Origin: the human T2T-CHM13v2.0 reference genome, Homo sapiens
DNA length: 64,000 nt
Assembly (NCBI RefSeq): GCF_009914755.1
Contig: NC_060931.1
Reading direction: 5' to 3' (one strand)
Both the position numbers and the translations under genes were made by a program. The notes below the pieces were generated by a model that saw only the letters and a program-made list of their open reading frames with translations, ran no database searches and was not told the origin of the DNA. This document shows positions 1 to 12,100 of this stretch, piece by piece (positions within the stretch are counted from its first letter, which is position 1; the number at the start of each line of letters is the position of its first letter).

Positions 1-209
1 GCGAAATTTGCAAGTGGAGATTTCTAGCCATTTGATGCCAACAGTAGAAAGGGAAATATCTTCAAATAAAAACCAGACAGAATCATTCTCAGAAAATTCT
101 TTGTGATGTGTGCGTTCAACTCACATAGTTTAACCTTTCTTTTCATAGAGCAGTTTGCAAACACTCTGTTTGTAAAGTCTGCAAGTGGATATATGGACCG
201 CATTGAGGC

Positions 210-226
210 CTTCGTTGGAAACGGGA
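210..226 (+). promoter_or_regulatory. CENP-B box 1 of the HOR (canonical), repeated every ~1022 bp
   Basis: CTTCGTTGGAAACGGGA, exact canonical 17-mer. Core NTTCGNNNNANNCGGGN is intact in nearly all copies; exceptions seen at 36996 and 59475. Confidence 0.97.
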
Positions 227-378
227 TTTCTTCATTTCATGCTAGACAGAAGAATTCTCAGTAACTTCTTTGTGCTGTGTGTATTCAACTCACAGAGTGG
301 AACGTCCCTTTGCACAGAGCAGATTTGAAACACTCTTTTTGTGGAGTTTGCAAGTGGAGATTTCAAGCGATTTGATGC

Positions 379-395
379 CAACAGTAGAAAAGGAA
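379..395 (+). other. A-type monomer box position (degenerate pJ-alpha-like site) in the monomers lacking a CENP-B box
   Basis: CAACAGTAGAAAAGGAA occupies the position homologous to the CENP-B box in alternate monomers. It keeps the GAAAAGGAA end of the A-box motif but is degenerate upstream; binding cannot be inferred. Confidence 0.55.
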
Positions 396-549
396 ATATC
401 TTCAAATAAAAACTAGACAGAATCATTCTCAGGAACTACTTTGTGATGTGTGCCTTCAACTCACAGAGTTTAACCTTTCTTTTCTTAGAGCAGTTTAGAA
501 ACACTCTGCTTGTTATGTCTGCAAGTGGATATTTGGACCTCTTTGAGGC

Positions 550-566
550 CTTCGTTGCAAACGGGG
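550..566 (+). promoter_or_regulatory. CENP-B box 2 of the HOR (variant, core intact), repeated every ~1022 bp
   Basis: CTTCGTTGCAAACGGGG keeps all nine core positions of NTTCGNNNNANNCGGGN; one disrupted copy seen at 61858. Confidence 0.93.
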
Positions 567-891
567 TTTCTTCCTTTCATGCTAGACTAAGAAGAGTTCT
601 CAGTAACTTTTTTGTGTTGTGTGTATTCAACTCACAGAGTTGAACCTTGCTTTAGAGAGAGCAGATTTGAAACACTCTTGCTGTGGAATTTTCAGGTGGA
701 GATTTCAAGCGATTTGAGGACAATTGCAGAAAAGGAAATATCTTCGTATAATAACCAGACAGAATCATTCTCAGAAAGTGCTTTGTGATGTGTGCGTTCA
801 ACTCACAGAGTTTAACCTTTCTTTTCATAGAGGAGCTTGGAAACACACTGTTTGTAAAGTCTGCAATTGGATATATGGACCTGTTTGAGGC

Positions 892-908
892 CTCCGTTGG
901 AAACGGGA
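892..908 (+). promoter_or_regulatory. CENP-B box 3 of the HOR, polymorphic between copies (disrupted CTCCG form here)
   Basis: CTCCGTTGGAAACGGGA at 892; intact CTTCG form e.g. at 2934; CTGCG at 1914 and 6000; CTCCT at 14173 and 23371. Confidence 0.92.
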
Positions 909-3900
909 TTTCTTCATTGAATGCTAGACGGAAGAATTCTCAGTAAATTCTTTGTGTTGTGTGCATTGAACTCACAGAGTGGAACGTCCCTTTAGACAGA
1001 GCAGATTTGAAACACTCTTTTTGCGGAATTTGCAAGTGGAGATTTCTAGCCATTTGATGCCAACAGTAGAAAGGGAAATATCTTCAAATAAAAACCAGAC
1101 AGAATCATTCTCAGAAAATTCTTTGTGATGTGTGCGTTCAACTCACATAGTTTAACCTTTCTTTTCATAGAGCAGTTTGGAAACACTCTGTTTGTAAAGT
1201 CTGCAAGTGGATATATGGACCGCATTGAGGCCTTCGTTGGAAACGGGATTTCTTCATTTCATGCTAGACAGAAGAATTCTCAGTAACTTCTTTGTGCTGT
1301 GTGTATTCAACTCACAGAGTGGAACGTCCCTTTGCACAGAGCAGATTTGAAACACTCTTTTTGTGGAGTTTGCAAGTGGAGATTTCAAGCGATTTGATGC
1401 CAACAGTAGAAAAGGAAATATCTTCAAATAAAAACTAGACAGAATCATTCTCAGAAACTACTTTGTGATGTGTGCCTTCAACTCACAGAGTTTAACCTTT
1501 CTTTTCTTAGAGCAGTTTAGAAACACTCTGCTTGTTATGTCTGCAAGTGGATATTTGGACCTCTTTGAGGCCTTCGTTGCAAACGGGGTTTCTTCCTTTA
1601 ATGCTAGACTAAGAAGAGTTCTCAGTAACTTTTTTGTGTTGTGTGTATTCAACTCACAGAGTTGAACCTTGCTTTAGAGAGAGCAGATTTGAAACACTCT
1701 TGCTGTGGCATTTTCAGGTGGAGATTTCAAGCGATTTGAGGACAATTGCAGAAAAGGAAATATCTTCGTATAATAACCAGACAGAATCATTCTCAGAAAG
1801 TGCTTTGTGATGTGTGCGTTCAACTCACAGAGTTTAACCTTTCTTTTCATAGAGGAGTTTGGAAACACACTGTTTGTAAAGTCTGCAATTGGATATATGG
1901 ACCTGTTTGAGGCCTGCGTTGGAAACGGGATTTCTTCATTGAATGCTAGACGGAAGAATTCTCAGTAAATTCTTTGTGTTGTGTGCATTCAACTCACAGA
2001 GTGGAACGTCCCTTTAGACAGAGCAGATTTGAAACACTCTTTTTGCGGAATTTGCAAGTGGAGATTTCTAGCCATTTGATGCCAACAGTAGAAAGGGAAA
2101 TATCTTCAAATAAAAACCAGACAGAATCATTCTCAGAAAATTCTTTGTGATGTGTGCGTTCAACTCACATAGTTTAACCTTTCTTTTCATAGAGCAGTTT
2201 GGAAACACTCTGTTTGTAAAGTCTGCAAGTGGATATATGGACCGCATTGAGGCCTTCGTTGGAAACGGGATTTCTTCATTTCATGCTAGACAGAAGAATT
2301 CTCAGTAACTTCTTTGTGCTGTGTGTATTCAACTCACAGAGTGGAACGTCCCTTTGCACAGAGCAGATTTGAAACACTCTTTTTGTGGAGTTTGCAAGTG
2401 GATTTTAAGCGATTTGATACCAACAGTAGAAAAGGAAATATCTTCAAATAAAAACTAGACAGAATCATTCTCAGAAACTACTTTGTGATGTGTGCCTTCA
2501 ACTCACAGAGTTTAACCTTTCTTTTCTTAGAGCAGTTTAGAAACACTCTGCTTGTTATGTCTGCAAGTGGATATTTGGACCTCTTTGAGGCCTTCGTTGC
2601 AAACGGGGTTTCTTCCTTTAATGCTAGACTAAGAAGAGTTCTCAGTAACTTTTTTGTGTTGTGTGTATTCAACTCACAGAGTTGAACCTTGCTTTAGAGA
2701 GAGCAGATTTGAAACACTCTTGCTGTGGCATTTTCAGGTGGAGATTTCAAGCGATTTGAGGACAATTGCAGAAAAGGAAATATCTTCGTATAATAACCAG
2801 ACAGAATCATTCTCAGAAAGTGCTTTGTGATGTGTGCGTTCAACTCACAGAGTTTAACCTTTCTTTTCATAGAGGAGTTTGGAAACACACTGTTTGTAAA
2901 GTCTGCAATTGGATATATGGACCTGTTTGAGGCCTTCGTTGGAAACGGGATTTCTTCATTGAATGCTAGACGGAAGAATTCTCAGTAAATTCTTTGTGTT
3001 GTGTGCATTCAACTCACAGAGTGGAACGTCCCTTTAGACAGAGCAGATTTGAAACACTCTTTTTGCGGAATTTGCAAGTGGAGATTTCTAGCCATTTGAT
3101 GTCAACAGTAGAAAGGGAAATATCTTCAAATAAAAACCAGACAGAATCATTCTCAGAAAATTCTTTGTGATGTGTGCGTTTAACTCACATAGTTTAACCT
3201 TTCTTTTCATAGAGCAGTTTGGAAACACTCTGTTTGTAAAGTCTGCAAGTGGATATATGGACCGCATTGAGGCCTTCGTTGGAAACGGGATTTCTTCATT
3301 TCATGCTAGACAGAAGAATTCTCAGTAACTTCTTTGTGCTGTGTGTATTCAACTCACAGAGTGGAACGTCCCTTTACACAGAGCAGATTTGAAACACTCT
3401 TTTTGTGGAGTTTGCAAGTGGAGATTTCAAGCGATTTGATGCCAACAGTAGAAAAGGAAGTATCTTCAAATAAAAACTAGACAGAATCATTCTCAGAAAC
3501 TACTTTGTGATGTGTGCCTTCAACTCACAGAGTTTAACCTTTCTTTTCTTAGAGCAGTTTAGAAACACTCTGCTTGTTATGTCTGCAAGTGGATATTTGG
3601 ACCTCTTTGAGGCCTTCGTTGCAAACGGGGTTTCTTCCTTTAATGCTAGACTAAGAAGAGTTCTCAGTAACTTTTTTGTGTTGTGTGTATTCAACTCACA
3701 GAGTTGAACCTTGCTTTAGAGAGAGCAGATTTGAAACACTCTCGCTGTGGAATTTTCAGGTGGAGATTTCAAGCGATTTGAGGACAATTGCAGAAAAGGA
3801 AATATCTTCGTATAATAACCAGACAGAATCATTCTCAGAAAGTGCTTTGTGATGTGTGCGTTCAACTCACAGAGTTTAACCTTTCTTTTCATAGAGGAGT

Positions 3901-6900
3901 TTGGAAACACACTGTTTGTAAAGTCTGCAATTGGATATATGGACCTGTTTGAGGCCTCCGTTGGAAACGGGATTTCTTCATTGAATGCTAGACGGAAGAA
4001 TTCTCAGTAAATTCTTTGTGTTGTGTGCATTCAACTCACAGAGTGGAACGTCCCTTTAGACAGAGCAGATTTGAAACACTCTTTTTGCGAAATTTGCAAG
4101 TGGAGATTTCTAGCCATTTGATGCCAACAGTAGAAAGGGAAATATCTTCAAATAAAAACCAGACAGAATCATTCTCAGAAAATTCTTTGTGATGTGTGCG
4201 TTCAACTCACATAGTTTAACCTTTCTTTTCATAGAGCAGTTTGCAAACACTCTGTTTGTAAAGTCTGCAAGTGGATATATGGACCGCATTGAGGCCTTCG
4301 TTGGAAACGGGATTTCTTCATTTCATGCTAGACAGAAGAATTCTCAGTAACTTCTTTGTGCTGTGTGTATTCAACTCACAGAGTGGAACGTCCCTTTGCA
4401 CAGAGCAGATTTGAAACACTCTTTTTGTGGAGTTTGCAAGTGGAGATTTCAAGCGATTTGATGCCAACAGTAGAAAAGGAAATATCTTCAAATAAAAACT
4501 AGACAGAATCATTCTCAGGAACTACTTTGTGATGTGTGCCTTCAACTCACAGAGTTTAACCTTTCTTTTCTTAGAGCAGTTTAGAAACACTCTGCTTGTT
4601 ATGTCTGCAAGTGGATATTTGGACCTCTTTGAGGCCTTCGTTGCAAACGGGGTTTCTTCCTTTCATGCTAGACTAAGAAGAGTTCTCAGTAACTTTTTTG
4701 TGTTGTGTGTATTCAACTCACAGAGTTGAACCTTGCTTTAGAGAGAGCAGATTTGAAACACTCTTGCTGTGGAATTTTCAGGTGGAGATTTCAAGCGATT
4801 TGAGGACAATTGCAGAAAAGGAAATATCTTCGTATAATAACCAGACAGAATCATTCTCAGAAAGTGCTTTGTGATGTGTGCGTTCAACTCACAGAGTTTA
4901 ACCTTTCTTTTCATAGAGGAGCTTGGAAACACACTGTTTGTAAAGTCTGCAATTGGATATATGGACCTGTTTGAGGCCTCCGTTGGAAACGGGATTTCTT
5001 CATTGAATGCTAGACGGAAGAATTCTCAGTAAATTCTTTGTGTTGTGTGCATTGAACTCACAGAGTGGAACGTCCCTTTAGACAGAGCAGATTTGAAACA
5101 CTCTTTTTGCGGAATTTGCAAGTGGAGATTTCTAGCCATTTGATGCCAACAGTAGAAAGGGAAATATCTTCAAATAAAAACCAGACAGAATCATTCTCAG
5201 AAAATTCTTTGTGATGTGTGCGTTCAACTCACATAGTTTAACCTTTCTTTTCATAGAGCAGTTTGGAAACACTCTGTTTGTAAAGTCTGCAAGTGGATAT
5301 ATGGACCGCATTGAGGCCTTCGTTGGAAACGGGATTTCTTCATTTCATGCTAGACAGAAGAATTCTCAGTAACTTCTTTGTGCTGTGTGTATTCAACTCA
5401 CAGAGTGGAACGTCCCTTTGCACAGAGCAGATTTGAAACACTCTTTTTGTGGAGTTTGCAAGTGGAGATTTCAAGCGATTTGATGCCAACAGTAGAAAAG
5501 GAAATATCTTCAAATAAAAACTAGACAGAATCATTCTCAGAAACTACTTTGTGATGTGTGCCTTCAACTCACAGAGTTTAACCTTTCTTTTCTTAGAGCA
5601 GTTTAGAAACACTCTGCTTGTTATGTCTGCAAGTGGATATTTGGACCTCTTTGAGGCCTTCGTTGCAAACGGGGTTTCTTCCTTTAATGCTAGACTAAGA
5701 AGAGTTCTCAGTAACTTTTTTGTGTTGTGTGTATTCAACTCACAGAGTTGAACCTTGCTTTAGAGAGAGCAGATTTGAAACACTCTTGCTGTGGCATTTT
5801 CAGGTGGAGATTTCAAGCGATTTGAGGACAATTGCAGAAAAGGAAATATCTTCGTATAATAACCAGACAGAATCATTCTCAGAAAGTGCTTTGTGATGTG
5901 TGCGTTCAACTCACAGAGTTTAACCTTTCTTTTCATAGAGGAGTTTGGAAACACACTGTTTGTAAAGTCTGCAATTGGATATATGGACCTGTTTGAGGCC
6001 TGCGTTGGAAACGGGATTTCTTCATTGAATGCTAGACGGAAGAATTCTCAGTAAATTCTTTGTGTTGTGTGCATTCAACTCACAGAGTGGAACGTCCCTT
6101 TAGACAGAGCAGATTTGAAACACTCTTTTTGCGGAATTTGCAAGTGGAGATTTCTAGCCATTTGATGCCAACAGTAGAAAGGGAAATATCTTCAAATAAA
6201 AACCAGACAGAATCATTCTCAGAAAATTCTTTGTGATGTGTGCGTTCAACTCACATAGTTTAACCTTTCTTTTCATAGAGCAGTTTGGAAACACTCTGTT
6301 TGTAAAGTCTGCAAGTGGATATATGGACCGCATTGAGGCCTTCGTTGGAAACGGGATTTCTTCATTTCATGCTAGACAGAAGAATTCTCAGTAACTTCTT
6401 TGTGCTGTGTGTATTCAACTCACAGAGTGGAACGTCCCTTTGCACAGAGCAGATTTGAAACACTCTTTTTGTGGAGTTTGCAAGTGGATTTTAAGCGATT
6501 TGATACCAACAGTAGAAAAGGAAATATCTTCAAATAAAAACTAGACAGAATCATTCTCAGAAACTACTTTGTGATGTGTGCCTTCAACTCACAGAGTTTA
6601 ACCTTTCTTTTCTTAGAGCAGTTTAGAAACACTCTGCTTGTTATGTCTGCAAGTGGATATTTGGACCTCTTTGAGGCCTTCGTTGCAAACGGGGTTTCTT
6701 CCTTTAATGCTAGACTAAGAAGAGTTCTCAGTAACTTTTTTGTGTTGTGTGTATTCAACTCACAGAGTTGAACCTTGCTTTAGAGAGAGCAGATTTGAAA
6801 CACTCTTGCTGTGGCATTTTCAGGTGGAGATTTCAAGCGATTTGAGGACAATTGCAGAAAAGGAAATATCTTCGTATAATAACCAGACAGAATCATTCTC

Positions 6901-9193
6901 AGAAAGTGCTTTGTGATGTGTGCGTTCAACTCACAGAGTTTAACCTTTCTTTTCATAGAGGAGTTTGGAAACACACTGTTTGTAAAGTCTGCAATTGGAT
7001 ATATGGACCTGTTTGAGGCCTTCGTTGGAAACGGGATTTCTTCATTGAATGCTAGACGGAAGAATTCTCAGTAAATTCTTTGTGTTGTGTGCATTCAACT
7101 CACAGAGTGGAACGTCCCTTTAGACAGAGCAGATTTGAAACACTCTTTTTGCGGAATTTGCAAGTGGAGATTTCTAGCCATTTGATGTCAACAGTAGAAA
7201 GGGAAATATCTTCAAATAAAAACCAGACAGAATCATTCTCAGAAAATTCTTTGTGATGTGTGCGTTTAACTCACATAGTTTAACCTTTCTTTTCATAGAG
7301 CAGTTTGGAAACACTCTGTTTGTAAAGTCTGCAAGTGGATATATGGACCGCATTGAGGCCTTCGTTGGAAACGGGATTTCTTCATTTCATGCTAGACAGA
7401 AGAATTCTCAGTAACTTCTTTGTGCTGTGTGTATTCAACTCACAGAGTGGAACGTCCCTTTACACAGAGCAGATTTGAAACACTCTTTTTGTGGAGTTTG
7501 CAAGTGGAGATTTCAAGCGATTTGATGCCAACAGTAGAAAAGGAAGTATCTTCAAATAAAAACTAGACAGAATCATTCTCAGAAACTACTTTGTGATGTG
7601 TGCCTTCAACTCACAGAGTTTAACCTTTCTTTTCTTAGAGCAGTTTAGAAACACTCTGCTTGTTATGTCTGCAAGTGGATATTTGGACCTCTTTGAGGCC
7701 TTCGTTGCAAACGGGGTTTCTTCCTTTAATGCTAGACTAAGAAGAGTTCTCAGTAACTTTTTTGTGTTGTGTGTATTCAACTCACAGAGTTGAACCTTGC
7801 TTTAGAGAGAGCAGATTTGAAACACTCTCGCTGTGGAATTTTCAGGTGGAGATTTCAAGCGATTTGAGGACAATTGCAGAAAAGGAAATATCTTCGTATA
7901 ATAACCAGACAGAATCATTCTCAGAAAGTGCTTTGTGATGTGTGCGTTCAACTCACAGAGTTTAACCTTTCTTTTCATAGAGGAGTTTGGAAACACACTG
8001 TTTGTAAAGTCTGCAATTGGATATATGGACCTGTTTGAGGCCTCCGTTGGAAACGGGATTTCTTCATTGAATGCTAGACGGAAGAATTCTCAGTAAATTC
8101 TTTGTGTTGTGTGCATTCAACTCACAGAGTGGAACGTCCCTTTAGACAGAGCAGATTTGAAACACCCTTTTGGCGGAATTTGAAAGTGGAGATTTCTAGC
8201 CATTTGGTGTCAACAGTAGAAAGGGAAATATCTTCAAATAAAAACCAGACAGAATCATTCTCAGAAAATTCTTTGTGATGTGTGCGTTCAACTCACATAG
8301 TTTAACCTTTCTTTTCATAGAGCAGTTTGGAAACACTCTGTTTGTAAAGTCTGCAAGTGGATATATGGACCGCATTGAGGCCTTCGTTGGAAACGGGATT
8401 TCTTCATTTCATGCTAGACAGAAGAATTCTCAGTAACTTCTTTGTGCTGTGTGTATTCAACTCACAGAGTGGAACGTCCCTTTGCACAGAGCAGATTTGA
8501 AACACTCTTTTTGTGGAGTTTGCAAGTGGAGATTTCAAGCGATTTGATGCCAACAGTAGAAAAGGAAGTATCTTCAAATAAAAACTAGACAGAATCATTC
8601 TCAGAAACTACTTTGTGATGTGTGCCTTCAACTCACCGAGTTTAACCTTTCTTTTCTGAGAGCAGCTTAGAAACACTCTGCTTGTTATGTCTGCAAGTTG
8701 ATATTTGGACCTCTTTGAGGCCTTCGTTGCAAACGGGGTTTCTTCATTTAATGCTAGACTAAGAAGAGTTCTCAGTAACTTTTTTGTGTTGTGTGTATTC
8801 AACTCACAGAGTTGAACCTTGCTTTAGAGAGAGCAGATTTGAAACACTCTTGCTGTGGCATTTTCAGGTGGAGATTTCAAGCGATTTGAGGACAATTGCA
8901 GAAAAGGAAATATCTTCGTATAATAACCAGACAGAATCATTCTCAGAAAGTGCTTTGTGATGTGTGCATTCAACTCACAGAGTTTAACCTTTCTTTTCGT
9001 AGAGGAGTTTGGAAACACACTGTTTGTAATGTCTGCAATTGGATATATGGACCTGTTTGAGGCCTTCGTTGGAAACGGGATTTCTTCATTGAATGCTAGA
9101 CGGAAGAATTCTCAGTAAATTCTTTGTGTTGTGTGCATTCAACTCACAGAGTGGAACGTCCCTTTAGACAGTGCAGATTTGAAACACTTTTTG

Positions 9194-12100
9194 GCGGAAT
9201 TTGCAAGTGGAGATTTCTAGCCATTTGATGCCAACAGTAGAAAGGGAAATATCTTCAAATAAAAACCAGACAGAATCATTCTCAGAAAATTCTTTGTGAT
9301 GTGTGCGTTCAACTCACATAGTTTAACCTTTCTTTTCATAGAGCAGTTTGGAAACACTCTGTTTGTAAAGTCTGCAAGTGGATATATGGACCGCATTGAG
9401 GCCTTCGTTGGAAACGGGATTTCTTCATTTCATGCTAGACAGAAGAATTCTCAGTAACTTCTTTGTGCTGTGTGTATTCAACTCACAGAGTGGAACGTCC
9501 CTTTGCACAGAGCAGATTTGAAACACTCTTTTTGTGGAGTTTGCAAGTGGAGATTTCAAGCGATTTGATGCCAACAGTAGAAAAGGAAATATCTTCAAAT
9601 AAAAACTAGACAGAATCATTCTCAGGAACTACTTTGTGATGTGTGCCTTCAACTCACAGAGTTTAACCTTTCTTTTCTTAGAGCAGTTTAGAAACACTCT
9701 GCTTGTTATGTCTGCAAGTGGATATTTGGACCTCTTTGAGGCCTTCGTTGCAAACGGGGTTTCTTCCTTTAATGCTAGACTAAGAAGAGTTCTCAGTAAC
9801 TTTTTTGTGTTGTGTGTATTCAACTCACAGAGTTGAACCTTGCTTTAGAGAGAGCAGATTTGAAACACTCTTGCTGTGGAATTTTCAGGTGGAGATTTCA
9901 AGCGATTTGAGGACAATTGCAGAAAAGGAAATATCTTCGTATAATAACCAGACAGAATCATTCTCAGAAAGTGCTTTGTGATGTGTGCGTTCAACTCACA
10001 GAGTTTAACCTTTCGTTTCATAGAGGAGCTTGGAAACACACTGTTTGTAAAGTCTGCAATTGGATATATGGACCTGTTTGAGGCCTCCGTTGGAAACGGG
10101 ATTTCTTCATTGAATGCTAGACGGAAGAATTCTCAGTAAATTCTTTGTGTTGTGTGCATTGAACTCACAGAGTGGAACGTCCCTTTAGACAGAGCAGATT
10201 TGAAACACTCTTTTTGCGGAATTTGCAAGTGGAGATTTCTAGCCATTTGATGCCAACAGTAGAAAGGGAAATATCTTCAAATAAAAACCAGACAGAATCA
10301 TTCTCAGAAAATTCTTTGTGATGTGTGCGTTCAACTCACATAGTTTAACCTTTCTTTTCATAGAGCAGTTTGGAAACACTCTGTTTGTAAAGTCTGCAAG
10401 TGGATATATGGACCGCATTGAGGCCTTCGTTGGAAACGGGATTTCTTCATTTCATGCTAGACAGAAGAATTCTCAGTAACTTCTTTGTGCTGTGTGTATT
10501 CAACTCACAGAGTGGAACGTCCCTTTGCACAGAGCAGATTTGAAACACTCTTTTTGTGGAGTTTGCAAGTGGAGATTTCAAGCGATTTGATGCCAACAGT
10601 AGAAAAGGAAATATCTTCAAATAAAAACTAGACAGAATCATTCTCAGAAACTACTTTGTGATGTGTGCCTTCAACTCACAGAGTTTAACCTTTCTTTTCT
10701 TAGAGCAGTTTAGAAACACTCTGCTTGTTATGTCTGCAAGTGGATATTTGGACCTCTTTGAGGCCTTCGTTGCAAACGGGGTTTCTTCCTTTAATGCTAG
10801 ACTAAGAAGAGTTCTCAGTAACTTTTTTGTGTTGTGTGTATTCAACTCACAGAGTTGAACCTTGCTTTAGAGAGAGCAGATTTGAAACACTCTTGCTGTG
10901 GCATTTTCAGGTGGAGATTTCAAGCGATTTGAGGACAATTGCAGAAAAGGAAATATCTTCGTATAATAACCAGACAGAATCATTCTCAGAAAGTGCTTTG
11001 TGATGTGTGCGTTCAACTCACAGAGTTTAACCTTTCTTTTCATAGAGGAGTTTGGAAACACACTGTTTGTAAAGTCTGCAATTGGATATATGGACCTGTT
11101 TGAGGCCTTCGTTGGAAACGGGATTTCTTCATTGAATGCTAGACGGAAGAATTCTCAGTAAATTCTTTGTGTTGTGTGCATTCAACTCACAGAGTGGAAC
11201 GTCCCTTTAGACAGAGCAGATTTGAAACACTCTTTTTGCGGAATTTGCAAGTGGAGATTTCTAGCCATTTGATGCCAACAGTAGAAAGGGAAATATCTTC
11301 AAATAAAAACCAGACAGAATCATTCTCAGAAAATTCTTTGTGATGTGTGCGTTCAACTCACATAGTTTAACCTTTCTTTTCATAGAGCAGTTTGGAAACA
11401 CTCTGTTTGTAAAGTCTGCAAGTGGATATATGGACCGCATTGAGGCCTTCGTTGGAAACGGGATTTCTTCATTTCATGCTAGACAGAAGAATTCTCAGTA
11501 ACTTCTTTGTGCTGTGTGTATTCAACTCACAGAGTGGAACGTCCCTTTGCACAGAGCAGATTTGAAACACTCTTTTTGTGGAGTTTGCCAGTGGAGATTT
11601 CAAGCGATTTGATGCCAACAGTAGAAAAGGAAATATCTTCAAATAAAAACTAGACAGAATCATTCTCAGGAACTACTTTGTGATGTGTGCCTTCAACTCA
11701 CAGAGTTTAACCTTTCTTTTCTTAGAGCAGTTTAGAAACACTCTGCTTGTTATGTCTGCAAGTGGATATTTGGACCTCTTTGAGGCCTTCGTTGCAAACG
11801 GGGTTTCTTCCTTTAATGCTAGACTAAGAAGAGTTCTCAGTAACTTTTTTGTGTTGTGTGTATTCAACTCACAGAGTTGAACCTTGCTTTAGAGAGAGCA
11901 GATTTGAAACACTCTTGCTGTGGAATTTTCAGGTGGAGATTTCAAGCGATTTGAGGACAATTGCAGAAAAGGAAATATCTTCGTATAATAACCAGACAGA
12001 CTCATTCTCAGAAAGTGCTTTGTGATGTGTGCGTTCAACTCACAGAGTTTAACCTTTCGTTTCATAGAGGAGCTTGGAAACACACTGTTTGTAAAGTCTG

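Larger units (their letters stand above)
210..1231 (+). repeat. D7Z1: One representative HOR unit: three SF1-type (J1/J2) dimers of 340, 342 and 340 bp; probable D7Z1 (human chromosome 7 centromere)
   Basis: CENP-B-box positions at 210, 550, 892 and 1232; box to A-box-position spacing 169 then 171 bp. EcoRI sites at 252, 934 and 1274 give 682+340 bp fragments, and the third site is lost (GAGTTC at ~594). This matches the 6-mer, ~1.02 kb, 340/680-bp EcoRI description of D7Z1 as I recall it; chromosome assignment not verified by alignment. Confidence 0.8.
1..8165 (+). repeat. Tandem duplication of a 4-HOR block, period 4086 bp (2 copies visible; may extend upstream of the window)
   Basis: Private markers recur at +4086: GCGAAATTT (1/4087), CAGTTTGCAA (151/4237), CTGCG box (1914/6000), 2-bp deletion GTGGATTTTAAGC with GATACC (~2401/~6487), GCGTTTAAC (~3181/~7267). 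Confidence 0.93.

Noticed and set aside
64-70. AATAAA and TATA-like words as polyadenylation or promoter signals
   Set aside because: They are intrinsic AT-rich monomer words repeated in every HOR, with no gene context.
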